Source: Microcoleaceae cyanobacterium
GTDB lineage: Bacteria; Cyanobacteriota; Cyanobacteriia; Cyanobacteriales; Microcoleaceae
Length of the DNA stretch: 57,117 nucleotides
Direction: 5' to 3'
Assembly: GCA_051652765.1 (NCBI GenBank)
Contig: JBOFUV010000028.1
Location: forward strand, 1-57,117
Of the stretch, positions 8,757 through 18,868 are shown in pieces. Within the stretch, counting starts at the first letter, position 1, and each line of letters opens with the position of its first letter. The notes beneath the pieces are model-generated. The model saw nothing but the letters and a program-made list of their open reading frames with translations. It ran no database searches and was not told the origin of the DNA. The translations under genes and the position numbers were made by a program.

Positions 8757-10793
8757 ATGGAGTTGCAGTCTACATCCCCCGAACTCAAGCTGAAGCCTCG
8801 ACAGACGAACCCTGTCTCCTCTCCAAGTGAACCCTTGACGGCGAGTCCTGAAGTTCAGCTTTCCCCCGAACACACCCAGGCTTGGACGACTGAAGACAGT
8901 GAAAACCTGTATCGCATCCAAGGCTGGGGGGAACCCTATTTTGCCATCAACGCCGCAGGTCATATTACGGTCTCTCCCCAAGGGGATCGGGGAGGTTCCC
9001 TGGATCTTTATGAACTGGTAGAGTCTTTGAAACGCCGCAATTTAGGACTGCCCCTGTTAATTCGATTTCCCGATATTTTAGAAGATCGGATTGAACGGCT
9101 GAATGCTTGTTTTGCCAAGGCGATCGCCCGCTACAGCTACCCCGGTGTTTATCGGGGCGTGTTTCCTGTCAAGTGTAATCAGGAACGACACATTATTGAA
9201 GACCTGGTACGATTTGGCCAGCCTTACCGCTTTGGCTTAGAAGCGGGGTCAAAGCCAGAGTTGTCGATTGCCCTAGCGTTGCTCACAACTCCCGGTTCTT
9301 TGTTGATTTGCAACGGCTACAAAGACCGAGAGTATGTTGAAACTGCTATCCTAGCCCAGCGTTTGGGAAAACTGGCGATCATTGTCGTTGAGCAACTGGA
9401 AGAAGTGGGACTGGTGATTGCAGCGAGCCAACATCTGGGGATACGGCCTCTTTTAGGAGTACGGGCCAAACTCAGTGCTAAAGGGATGGGGCGGTGGGGT
9501 GGTACCACGGGCGATCGCGCCAAGTTTGGGCTAACAGTTCCCCAGATGATTGAGGCTGTAGAACAGCTCCAAGCCGTTAACATGCTGGATTGTCTACAAC
9601 TGCTGCACTTTCACATCGGTTCTCAGATTTCGTCGATTAGCGTGATCAAAGATGCCATTCGGGAAGCCAGTCAGATTTATGTTGAACTGTCCCAACTGGG
9701 GGCAGCCATGAAATATTTGGACGTTGGCGGCGGTTTGGGGGTAGATTACGACGGCTCGAAAACCAACTTTCACGCTTCCAAAAACTACAACATGCAGAAC
9801 TACGCCAACGATATTGTGGCGGAAGTCAAGGAAGCCTGTGAAGAGCGCAAACTCCCTGTTCCCACCTTGATTAGCGAAAGTGGGCGGGCGATCGCATCTC
9901 ATCAATCAGTCTTGGTATTTGATGTCTTGTCAACCAGTGATGTACCAACGGATTCACCCCCGACGGTGAGTGAAAAGGATCACTTGATTCTGCGAAATCT
10001 ATCTGAAACTTATCATTCAATTACACCTGAAAATTACCAAGAGGCTTACCATGATTCAATGCAGTTCAAGGAAGAAGCAATTAGCTTATTTAACTTTGGC
10101 TATTTGAGTTTGCGCGATCGCGCCAGGGCTGAGCAATTGTATTGGGGATGCTGTCAAAAAATCCAGGTAATTGGTCGAAATTCGGAGTATGTTCCAGATG
10201 ACTTGGAAGACTTGGAAAAAATCATGGCTTCGATTTATTACATCAATTTATCGGTGTTTAAATCGGCTCCCGATAGCTGGGCAATCGATCAACTTTTCCC
10301 GATTATGCCGATTCATCGATTGGAGGAAGAACCCACCCAGCGAGGAATTTTGGCAGATTTAACCTGTGATAGTGACGGCAAAATCGATCAGTTTATTGAT
10401 CTGCGAGATGTTAAATCCGTTTTAGAACTGCATACTTTGAGAAAGTCTCCTTCCTCTTCACATCATCAAGGCCAAACAGAGCCCTACTACTTGGGCATGT
10501 TTTTGGCAGGAGCCTATCAAGAAATCATGGGGAACTTGCATAATTTGTTTGGAGATACCCATGTTGTTCATATTAAGTTAACTCCCCAAGGATACCAAGT
10601 TGAATATGTCATTAAAGGTGACACCATGACAGAGGTTTTAGGCTATGTTCAGTATGATGCGGAAGACTTAATTGAAAGTATGCGCCGTCAAGCCGAGAAT
10701 GCCTTACAACAAAATCAAATCTCCATTGAAGAAGCTCAATTATTACTTCAAAATTATGAATATAGTTTGAGTCGATATACTTATTTAACGTAG
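8757..10793 (+). CDS. speA: Biosynthetic arginine decarboxylase
   Basis: GVFPVKCNQ (PLP Lys), GLEAGSKPEL, HFHIGSQI, DVGGGLGVDYDG, DLTCDSDG, GAYQEIMGNLHNLFG; start could be 8730/8733. Confidence 0.95.
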   Translation: MELQSTSPELKLKPRQTNPVSSPSEPLTASPEVQLSPEHTQAWTTEDSENLYRIQGWGEPYFAINAAGHITVSPQGDRGGSLDLYELVESLKRRNLGLPLLIRFPDILEDRIERLNACFAKAIARYSYPGVYRGVFPVKCNQERHIIEDLVRFGQPYRFGLEAGSKPELSIALALLTTPGSLLICNGYKDREYVETAILAQRLGKLAIIVVEQLEEVGLVIAASQHLGIRPLLGVRAKLSAKGMGRWGGTTGDRAKFGLTVPQMIEAVEQLQAVNMLDCLQLLHFHIGSQISSISVIKDAIREASQIYVELSQLGAAMKYLDVGGGLGVDYDGSKTNFHASKNYNMQNYANDIVAEVKEACEERKLPVPTLISESGRAIASHQSVLVFDVLSTSDVPTDSPPTVSEKDHLILRNLSETYHSITPENYQEAYHDSMQFKEEAISLFNFGYLSLRDRARAEQLYWGCCQKIQVIGRNSEYVPDDLEDLEKIMASIYYINLSVFKSAPDSWAIDQLFPIMPIHRLEEEPTQRGILADLTCDSDGKIDQFIDLRDVKSVLELHTLRKSPSSSHHQGQTEPYYLGMFLAGAYQEIMGNLHNLFGDTHVVHIKLTPQGYQVEYVIKGDTMTEVLGYVQYDAEDLIESMRRQAENALQQNQISIEEAQLLLQNYEYSLSRYTYLT

Positions 10794-10859
10794 AGTGATC
10801 CCAAAACATGTTCTGAAAACAATACAAAACTGACTGCAGCAAGCGTCTAAAATAGTTGG

Positions 10860-11933
10860 ATGCCCGGAAAACTTTTAGTCAATTTATCTATTCTAATTCC
10901 TGAGCCTACAGGAATTTCTGTGTATGCAAATGGGATTTTACCTCAACTGAAAGTCTTTGATCCAATTTTGCTCGCGGCCAACTCACAGCCTGGATTTTCC
11001 TACTATCCAGTGCCTAAGACAATGACCCCGGCTCAAGGAACAAAAGGACATTTACAGCGACTCATTTGGACTCAATTTAAACTCCCTAAACTCTATCGAA
11101 AACTTCACGGAGATTTATTATTTTCTCCTCTACCCGAAGCCCCACTGTATTCAGACTGTCGTTCAATTGTCATGGCTCATGACTTAATTCCACTCCGTTT
11201 TCCCCGCAAGGGATCTCGATTAACTGCTTATTTCAAATACTATATTCCGCAGGTGCTCTCTCAAGCTGAACATATTGTTTGTAATTCTATTGCAACGGCT
11301 CAGGATTTAACTCAATTTTTTAATATTCCTGAGACAAAAATCACGCCAATTCCCCTTGCCTACAATTCCAAACAATTTAAATTTCTCAATCTTCCTACTC
11401 ACAATTATTTTCTCTATATCGGTCGCCATGATGCCTATAAAAACTTACAGCGTTTGATCACAGCCTTTGCCAATTTACCGAACTATTCTGATTATGAATT
11501 ATGGCTTGCAGGGCCAACGGATAAAACCTACACTCCCCACTTAAAAGCTCAAGTGAAAGGATTGAACTTAGAGCCCTACGTGAAGTTTTTAAACTATGTT
11601 TCAGCCACAGACTTGACTCGAATTATTAACCGGGCGATCGCCTTAGTCTTTCCAAGTCTGTGGGAAGGATTCGGCTTACCCGTATTAGAATCCATGGCTT
11701 GTGGAACTCCTGTAATTACTTCAAATCTTGCATCTTTACCCGAAGTTGGTGGGGAAGCTGTTATATACATTAATCCTGATCAAGTAGAAGAGATGACAAT
11801 AGCAATGAAATTCCTAGCAGAAAATGCACAAGAGCGATCACGTTTGCGTCAACTTGGTTTAGATAAGGCAGCTCAATTTAGTTGGGAAAAAACCGGTCGA
11901 AAAACTGCTCAGGTCATAGAACAATACCTCTAG
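10860..11933 (+). CDS. Glycosyltransferase family 4 (GT-B, Glycos_transf_1)
   Basis: HDLIPLRFP, YIGRHDAYKNL, VFPSLWEGFGLPVLESMACGTPVITSN (EX7E). Confidence 0.93.
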   Translation: MPGKLLVNLSILIPEPTGISVYANGILPQLKVFDPILLAANSQPGFSYYPVPKTMTPAQGTKGHLQRLIWTQFKLPKLYRKLHGDLLFSPLPEAPLYSDCRSIVMAHDLIPLRFPRKGSRLTAYFKYYIPQVLSQAEHIVCNSIATAQDLTQFFNIPETKITPIPLAYNSKQFKFLNLPTHNYFLYIGRHDAYKNLQRLITAFANLPNYSDYELWLAGPTDKTYTPHLKAQVKGLNLEPYVKFLNYVSATDLTRIINRAIALVFPSLWEGFGLPVLESMACGTPVITSNLASLPEVGGEAVIYINPDQVEEMTIAMKFLAENAQERSRLRQLGLDKAAQFSWEKTGRKTAQVIEQYL

Positions 11934-11980
11934 TGCTTCACTAACGATTTGAATCTGCATTCAAGTAGAAGCGTTGAATT

Positions 11981-14233
11981 TCAGTGCTCAACTGTAATTG
12001 AAATCTCTTCTCCAACTTGAATGAATTGGTCATCTTGAGAATCATAGGCCCATACTTTTAAACTCGAAGTTCCAATGGGTAGAATTGCAGTCGGAACTCT
12101 CAGAGCCCAGCCTGAAACTTCATAGTTTTTATTGCCTAAAACTAGCGCAACGTCAGCTCGACTGAGATTTACAATTCCAGCTTCAAGCAGTTGATTTTGA
12201 CCGTTACTTAAGTAGACTGCATCTGCAGGCTTAAGCTTCTCTGGAAGAATCGCCCAACCCCCTAATGAAATTGCCTCTCCTCGCTTAACTGGATGAGTTG
12301 GCACTCCCTCTACAAAGCCATTCATCCCATTAACTTGAGTGAATTTTAAAGGGCGATCACTGCGTTTCCAAAACCAATGAGATTGGATAATTTTATAAGG
12401 TTTATAGTGCTTCATGACATCTTGATAAATCAAGGCAGCCGATTCTGATTTTAAGATTTCATCCCAAGGATTCTGAAACCACATCTCATTTGAAAAAAGC
12501 AGAATTTCTGGCTTAGTCTTCTCCAAATCAGCCAGAACAGTTTGTTGTGCAATTGTTGGTTTTGCATAGAGAAGATAGCTATATTTAGAGCAAGAGGGTT
12601 TGTTGAATAAGTAATACCATAATCCTTCAGAAGTGAGCGTAAAAAAGCAAGATTGCCGATCAATTTCTGACTGCATTTCTGTCCAGGCTTCTAAATAATC
12701 AAGTTTCAAAAGTTGACTGTCAGTTTGTATTAGAGCAATTGGTAGTTTGACTATTGATTTAATAGCATTATTTAAACTAAATCCTGGTTCTGTCAACAAA
12801 ATAATTAGACTTAAAATAGCGACTAGAAGATGCTGAATAGAATTCAATTTGACATCTAAAGCATTGGGCTGTAAGTACTTTTCATACCCTAAATAAATCA
12901 AGTATGCCACCAAAAATGAAGTTGGAATCGCCCCGTGATAGGCATGAGCCAAATCACTTCGATCTAGGGTAATTCTCATGTAAATTAATGAGGTAAAAAG
13001 CAGAAGAATAGTCAAGTAATTTTTCTGGACAAAAGTATGAACTCTAAACTTATATAGGCTTAAATCCAATAAAATGTAAACTAAAACAGCACTCTGAATT
13101 ACCATCGGCAACCAAAAATTTTGTGATGTCCACGTCAGTTTAAAGGCAGGTAGGGGAATGAAAGAAATATAGCGACCATATTTACCCCAATATGCAATTT
13201 GAGATAGGATAGCACTTACTTGATTAAATCCTAAGACAATAATAATAGTAATTGATGAAAGAATTATACCCACGATTGAGTTGCTCAACCAATTTCGGGC
13301 TAATTGACGATTAAGAACCAGTGTTAATCCTGAGGCACAAATATAGACTGCTAAGAAGTAAATTCCCCGATCATAGACATAGAGGAAACTCATCGGCAGC
13401 GATATTCCTACAAGCAGTGCCAGAAATTTTCCTGAGTTCTGACTTGAACTTTTTTCTAAAGAGACTCCTCGAAAAAATCGAACCGTTAAAGCCAGTTGCA
13501 AAATAAACCAAGTGCCACGGCGGCCATCAAACTTGAAGAAAATCCCGTCGAAAATACAAAAAATTAGGCAAGAAATCAGGAAAATTGGAAGTCGAGATCG
13601 ACCTAGTTGAACTGCTCCAGTTAACTCCCATAGAATCCAGAAATACCCTAAACATGCAAGTACGTTCTGTAAATTGACAAAAAAGCGGGTTAAGGCAATT
13701 CCGTTCTGATTGGAAATAAACTGGGTTGCGAACCAAGTTGGTAGTACATCTAGTCCCCAACCATGAATCAAAACTGTGTTTTCAAAAGGATTTTCTAACT
13801 GCATAAAGTTAGGTAAAAATCCTAAAAACTCACCTTGATGAAATGAATCAATCAGTGTTTTATCAATTGTAAATTGATTGAATGGAATATTGATTAACCA
13901 CGCTATTAGTAAGATAGAAGTAATCGTTATCCAAACAATATGATGATTGATTACACTGATGATTGAGCTAAAAGGCCGCTCTATCCATGAGTATTTCAAA
14001 ATTAGAGATAGAGCAGCGATTAAACTTGGAATAAGTAGTAAAATCAGATATTTAATATAATCTGTGTAGGGACTGATATTTTCAATATAAGCCAGAGAAA
14101 CTACACCTGTTTCATTACTTCCGATTGGAATTTTAACCCGATTTACGAAGGGGACAAACACCAGCCAACTGAGTAAAACAATACTTAAAACCCAGCTCAA
14201 ACGCGGCTCAAAATCACGTTTAGACTCAGACAT
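11981..14233 (-). CDS. Polytopic membrane protein (about 12 TM) with extracytoplasmic C-terminal domain; possible GT-C-type glycosyltransferase
   Basis: Many hydrophobic segments, DSFHQGE loop after the early TMs, C-terminal GWA...RADVA...SGW domain; function inferred from context. Confidence 0.6.
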   Translation of the reverse strand: MSESKRDFEPRLSWVLSIVLLSWLVFVPFVNRVKIPIGSNETGVVSLAYIENISPYTDYIKYLILLLIPSLIAALSLILKYSWIERPFSSIISVINHHIVWITITSILLIAWLINIPFNQFTIDKTLIDSFHQGEFLGFLPNFMQLENPFENTVLIHGWGLDVLPTWFATQFISNQNGIALTRFFVNLQNVLACLGYFWILWELTGAVQLGRSRLPIFLISCLIFCIFDGIFFKFDGRRGTWFILQLALTVRFFRGVSLEKSSSQNSGKFLALLVGISLPMSFLYVYDRGIYFLAVYICASGLTLVLNRQLARNWLSNSIVGIILSSITIIIVLGFNQVSAILSQIAYWGKYGRYISFIPLPAFKLTWTSQNFWLPMVIQSAVLVYILLDLSLYKFRVHTFVQKNYLTILLLFTSLIYMRITLDRSDLAHAYHGAIPTSFLVAYLIYLGYEKYLQPNALDVKLNSIQHLLVAILSLIILLTEPGFSLNNAIKSIVKLPIALIQTDSQLLKLDYLEAWTEMQSEIDRQSCFFTLTSEGLWYYLFNKPSCSKYSYLLYAKPTIAQQTVLADLEKTKPEILLFSNEMWFQNPWDEILKSESAALIYQDVMKHYKPYKIIQSHWFWKRSDRPLKFTQVNGMNGFVEGVPTHPVKRGEAISLGGWAILPEKLKPADAVYLSNGQNQLLEAGIVNLSRADVALVLGNKNYEVSGWALRVPTAILPIGTSSLKVWAYDSQDDQFIQVGEEISITVEH

Positions 14234-14259
14234 TTTATCAGGATTAGAAAGTTCAGGAT

Positions 14260-16140
14260 TCAGGACTCAAGACTGGAAACTGGTTCAGAAGATTGATTGA
14301 GGGAACCAAAAGAGTAAAGCTTGTGCCCTGCAAAACTGATCAAAGCAACACAAGCTGCACTAATCAGTCGTGCAACTGATGGATTCAGATTCAGTTCATT
14401 AATCAACAGTTGAAGTAATCCTAAATTTGCCAGTAAACTATTCAGAGCAACACTGGCAAACACAGCATATTGAATGAACCAATTTCTCCAATAAACTCCA
14501 AAAACAAAGCGACGGCTGAGCCAAAAGTTTGTACTTAAACCGAGGCAGTAACTAATTCCTAAGGCATAAACATACCACAGACCTGCCTGAGTTAAAATTG
14601 TGAATACTAAAACATCAATAATTGTCGCGGTGCCCCCGGTGAACAAGTACTTGAAGAATTGCTGAGTCACTTGTAATATCCGACGGCGATGGGAGGAACG
14701 GGCAAGTTTAGCTGTTGTTGTTGCTGAATCAGCCGTAGCTTCTTCAACATATTCACTGTCACTATTGACAGTCCAGAGATCATGTTTTCCAGGTTGAGTT
14801 ACATTCTCAGCCGCTAAAATTCCCATCAACAAACTATGATCTTGGTTATTGTATTTGAACGCCCCATACCGACCAACAAGCTGCAGGTTTTGGAACTGTC
14901 GTAAGTAGTTCTGAATTTCCGCCAGAGCTTGTTTGTAATTCCCCGCATAAATAGGGTAAGTTCGGGGAAGACGAATGGTAAACCCACTGCAAATAGGTTG
15001 AATTTCAAGGAGTCCAATTTGCCTCAATTCTTGCTCAGCTCTTCGACAAAGTTCTGTCTCGGATGTCTGCCATAATTCATCTCCAAAATTGCACCAATAC
15101 TCGCAACATAGGGGGGTTTGGTGGGAATTGGGCATCATATCTGGTGACCAATTAGCAAAGTTTGTAACACGCCCTAATTTCACTCTTGGGTCATTAATAT
15201 ATAACCAGTTGTCAGGAAAAAGATTGCTACCTTCAACCACTAGATAAACCAGAACAGTATTTCGAAACTTCAGGGATTTTGCGGCATCAATGACGGATGG
15301 GGGGGGTTCAGATCGAAGCTGTTGAATTAGAACAGTTAAGGGAATTGAAGAGATAATTCCTGCACAAGAAACTGTGGTTTGTGCTTGAGTTTGGCAATTT
15401 CTCAGCGTCACATGGGTGACTTTAGATCCTTGATGATGAACCTGAGTAACTTCTGTATTGAGTAAGATAGGTTGATGATTTTGCTGTAAATATTCAGCGA
15501 CCTTTTCGTAAAGCTGGCCCGATCCTAACCGGGGAAATTGGAACTGATCAATTAAGGTTTTAACCTTACCATCATTGCCCAAAATCGCATTACGCATTGC
15601 TTTCAACAGCGATAGCCCTTTAATCCGTTGTGCTGCCCAATCCGCACTAATTTCTGTACAGGGAATTCCCCAAAGCTTCTCGGTATAGCCTTCAAAAAAA
15701 ATTTCAAACAGCCGCTTGCCAAATTTTGCGGTGACCCATTCAGAAAAGTTCTGAGGATGATGTCGGGGGAAAAGGCGAGTTTGAAAGTAGGACGTGATGA
15801 TTTTTAGGCTTTCTCCCCAACCCAAGGTGAGCAAAATCTGTCTAGCTTTTAGAGGATAACTGAAATACTTTCCTCGATAATAAATCCGGGTCAGACGATT
15901 GACGGTAACTTGTTCTTGACCTAAAACATCATTCCAAAGTTTCAGGACAGGGGCTAGCTTGGTATAAAACCGATGAGGCCCATAATCCAAAATAAAATCT
16001 TGATATCGAAAGCTTTTGGCTAGCCCACCGACTTGTCCCTCGCGCTCAACAACTACTACAGAAATCCCTTGCTGCGTTAGGGTATAAGCTGCAGCAAGTC
16101 CTGCTGGCCCTGCTCCTAAAATATAAATCGGCTCCATCAC
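14260..16140 (-). CDS. FAD-dependent oxidoreductase (HemY/UDP-galactopyranose mutase-like) fused to C-terminal GtrA-like flippase
   Basis: ILGAGPAGL Rossmann motif, VGGLAKS, DYGPHRF, GRYGAFKYNNQDHS; C-terminal 4-TM FFKYLFTGG...NFWLSRRFVF...HKLYSF. Confidence 0.85.
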   Translation of the reverse strand: MMEPIYILGAGPAGLAAAYTLTQQGISVVVVEREGQVGGLAKSFRYQDFILDYGPHRFYTKLAPVLKLWNDVLGQEQVTVNRLTRIYYRGKYFSYPLKARQILLTLGWGESLKIITSYFQTRLFPRHHPQNFSEWVTAKFGKRLFEIFFEGYTEKLWGIPCTEISADWAAQRIKGLSLLKAMRNAILGNDGKVKTLIDQFQFPRLGSGQLYEKVAEYLQQNHQPILLNTEVTQVHHQGSKVTHVTLRNCQTQAQTTVSCAGIISSIPLTVLIQQLRSEPPPSVIDAAKSLKFRNTVLVYLVVEGSNLFPDNWLYINDPRVKLGRVTNFANWSPDMMPNSHQTPLCCEYWCNFGDELWQTSETELCRRAEQELRQIGLLEIQPICSGFTIRLPRTYPIYAGNYKQALAEIQNYLRQFQNLQLVGRYGAFKYNNQDHSLLMGILAAENVTQPGKHDLWTVNSDSEYVEEATADSATTTAKLARSSHRRRILQVTQQFFKYLFTGGTATIIDVLVFTILTQAGLWYVYALGISYCLGLSTNFWLSRRFVFGVYWRNWFIQYAVFASVALNSLLANLGLLQLLINELNLNPSVARLISAACVALISFAGHKLYSFGSLNQSSEPVSSLES

Positions 16141-16234
16141 ACCAAATTCACTCTGGCAAAATTGCCCTCATCATACACTATTCCTGCTGAGAGCCGACGG
16201 GGTTGATTGATCTTGAATTCATGTTTGGGTATTT

Positions 16235-16267
16235 CCAGGGTGCTCCTAGGGTGTTCCCAGGGTACTC
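16235..16267. repeat. 11-bp tandem repeat x3
   Basis: CCAGGGTGCTC CTAGGGTGTTC CCAGGGTACTC. Confidence 0.7.
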
Positions 16268-16560
16268 CTAAAAAAGTCATAGTTTTTTTGCAGGGGGTCA
16301 AGGGAACGCTGACCCCCAACACTAATCCCTGCGTGCAACACTACCGATGATTGAGACACATTGGGTGTAATTAGTGTAAATTGTCACTTTTCCGAGCGTT
16401 TCAAGTCTAAAGAAATCTGAGCTAAACTAGAGCAATATTTTGGTCAAACTTACTATAAATAGAGTGGTCTCAAAATTCAAGTTGTGGCTGTGTTAGGTGT
16501 ATAACCTCTGTTCTAACAACCCTCTGCTTCCGCTACTCACCTCCCAATTGACATTTGTGC

Positions 16561-18261
16561 ATGGCAAACTCCCTAAATCCTGAACTGCTAAATCCTGAAC
16601 TTTCTCAAATATTTGACATTTTAGTCATTGGCTCTGGAGCGGCTGGACTGTACACTGCCCTCTGCTTGCCGGAGCAATTTCGGATTGGTTTACTCTCCAA
16701 AGCCATGCTCAAAACTGGAGCAAGCCGCTGGGCTCAAGGAGGAGTTGCTGCTGCGATTGATCCTTCTGACTCCCCAACCTTGCACTTGGACGATACCCTC
16801 AAAACAGGGGCTGGGCTGTGCGATCGCCAAGCCGTACAATTCCTTGTCGATCATGCGGCTGAAGCCATTGACCATCTGGTCAATCTGGGGGTTGCGTTTG
16901 ATCGCCGGGGCGAGCAGTTGGCCCTGACCCTGGAGGCCGCCCACTCTCGTCCCAGGGTGCTGCACGCCGCAGACACAACTGGCAAAGCCATCGTAGATAC
17001 GTTAATTGCCCAAGTTTTGCAGCGGCCAAATATTCAGGTGATCTCCCCAGCAACGGCCTTAACCCTGGAACGCCATCCTCAAACAGGGGCCTGTCAAGGT
17101 GTGGGCGTGCTGTATCACAACCAAATTGTTTGGCTGCGGTCAAGGGCCGTGATTCTGGCAACGGGCGGCGGGGGTCAAGTGTTTGCCCAAACCACCAATC
17201 CTGCGATTAGCACTGGGGATGGTGTGGCCATGGCATGGCGGGCAGGTGCGGTGGTGCGGGATTTAGAGTTCTTTCAATTTCATCCTACGGCTTTGACCCA
17301 ACCAGGTGCGCCTCGGTTTCTAATCAGTGAAGCTGTGCGGGGGGAAGGCGCGTATTTAGTGGATGAAACAGGCGATCGCTTCACCTTTGCCTATGATCCC
17401 AAGGGGGAACTTGCCCCTAGAGATGTGGTCAGTCGAGCGATTTTTAACCATTTGCAGAAAATGGCTTCTGATCCAGCCCATGCTCATGTTTATCTGGACT
17501 TGCAGGCGATCGCGCCAGAGCACATTCGTTACCGTTTTCCAAATATTATTCAGATGTGTTTGAAGTGGGGCATTGATGTCTTTTCGCAACGGATTCCAGT
17601 TGCTCCCGCTGCCCATTATTGGATGGGAGGCATTGTTACAGATTTAACCAGTCAAACCTCGATTCCTGGACTCTATGCCACGGGGGAAGTTGCCAGCACC
17701 GGGGTTCATGGAGCCAATCGATTGGCGAGTAATTCCCTGTTAGAATGCCTGGTCTTTGCTGGCCAATTCTCTCAGATGAAACTTGATAGGCTTCCTCAAA
17801 TCCAAGAAAATTCGGTGCTCATTTGGGCCTCTGAACTTTGGGCAATGGACAATTGGAAACTTGAGATGGAAACGGTGAACTTGATTCGCCAGAAATTACC
17901 CGTATTAATGTGGCAAAGTGCTGGAATTTGTCGAGTTCAGGAAAACTTGGAACAGGCAATCGCCCAAGTGCAGGCTTGGCGGGGAGAACTTGCAGCTTTC
18001 TCGATGAATCAATCCTTTCTCAACTTACATCCCCATGAATGGATCAAGTTTGAATCTTCTGAAGCTGAACCACAACTCCAAATCTATGTGGAAACGATGA
18101 ATCTTTTAGAGATTGCCGGACTCATTCTGAAAAGTGCAATTTGGCGCACCGAAAGTCGCGGAGGACACTATCGCACAGACTACCCAAACCCTCAATCCGA
18201 TTGGCAGGTTCATACCTTGATTCAGGGCGATCGCTGGTGGAAATCCGAACTTGAACATTAG
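16561..18261 (+). CDS. nadB: L-aspartate oxidase
   Basis: GSGAAGL, SRWAQGG, LEAAHSRPRVLH, QFHPT, LISEAVRGEG, ELAPRDVV, PAAHYWMGG, GVHGANRLASNSLLE, RTESRGGHYR. Confidence 0.95.
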   Translation: MANSLNPELLNPELSQIFDILVIGSGAAGLYTALCLPEQFRIGLLSKAMLKTGASRWAQGGVAAAIDPSDSPTLHLDDTLKTGAGLCDRQAVQFLVDHAAEAIDHLVNLGVAFDRRGEQLALTLEAAHSRPRVLHAADTTGKAIVDTLIAQVLQRPNIQVISPATALTLERHPQTGACQGVGVLYHNQIVWLRSRAVILATGGGGQVFAQTTNPAISTGDGVAMAWRAGAVVRDLEFFQFHPTALTQPGAPRFLISEAVRGEGAYLVDETGDRFTFAYDPKGELAPRDVVSRAIFNHLQKMASDPAHAHVYLDLQAIAPEHIRYRFPNIIQMCLKWGIDVFSQRIPVAPAAHYWMGGIVTDLTSQTSIPGLYATGEVASTGVHGANRLASNSLLECLVFAGQFSQMKLDRLPQIQENSVLIWASELWAMDNWKLEMETVNLIRQKLPVLMWQSAGICRVQENLEQAIAQVQAWRGELAAFSMNQSFLNLHPHEWIKFESSEAEPQLQIYVETMNLLEIAGLILKSAIWRTESRGGHYRTDYPNPQSDWQVHTLIQGDRWWKSELEH

Positions 18262-18378
18262 AGCATTTCCCGATGTAACCCATTTTTGTTCAGATGTAGT
18301 GCATGGCTATAGTTCATGGCGACCCACTTAAAGCCTCTTAAAAAGGATGACTGGAGTGGCCAAGAGGTTTCTCACTGA

Positions 18379-18438
18379 ATTTAAAAACTAATTTCAAAAC
18401 CAATTTGAAAACTGATTTAAAAACTGATTTGAAAACCG
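18379..18438. repeat. 12-bp tandem repeat x5 (ATTT[A/C/G]AAAAC[T/C][A/G])
   Basis: ATTTAAAAACTA ATTTCAAAACCA ATTTGAAAACTG ATTTAAAAACTG ATTTGAAAACCG. Confidence 0.8.
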
Positions 18439-18868
18439 CCGTAAGGGTTTGTTTGAGAGGATGATTCAGTGATGATATTTTCTTTTCCCAAGCTATTCAA
18501 TGGATGGCAATTGCTCATAAATCATTCCTGACTGCCCCACAACCTAACAGGATCTCATGCAATGCAACAAAAGAACCGTCACTGCAAACCGTCACTGTAT
18601 AATTGAGATACCCTACAGCAGTGGGTGCAGTGGATAGTACTGGGGCTCCTAACGGGTTCTTCCTGTCATAGGCAGAGCGAGTATGATGGTAATGGGTCAA
18701 GCAAGGATCAAGAATCAAAGGCGACCAGGGAGTATTCACTTGCTGTCTGATTGGCTTAGTCAATTTTGATACTATTGACTGAGATTCGCTAGATTCTCTT
18801 GCTGTCCAAAAACTTGCTGTCCAGACAAATGTACACCATCTATTGTGATTTCCAGTTATAGCAATCTC

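Noticed and set aside
16137..16322. 61-aa minus-strand ORF upstream of the oxidoreductase-GtrA gene
   Set aside because: Runs through a tandem repeat and a GGGGGTCA/TGACCCCC hairpin; no recognisable protein features
11650..16810. Absence of HIP1 sites as proof of horizontal origin of the glycosylation cassette
   Set aside because: Similar 4-6 kb HIP1 gaps occur elsewhere in the window (about 26.8-32.9 kb and 51.1-57.0 kb)
18515..18763. 82-aa minus-strand ORF, and GGGGCTCC...CGG as a possible tmRNA/tRNA start
   Set aside because: No protein motif; no cloverleaf, T-loop or tag reading frame
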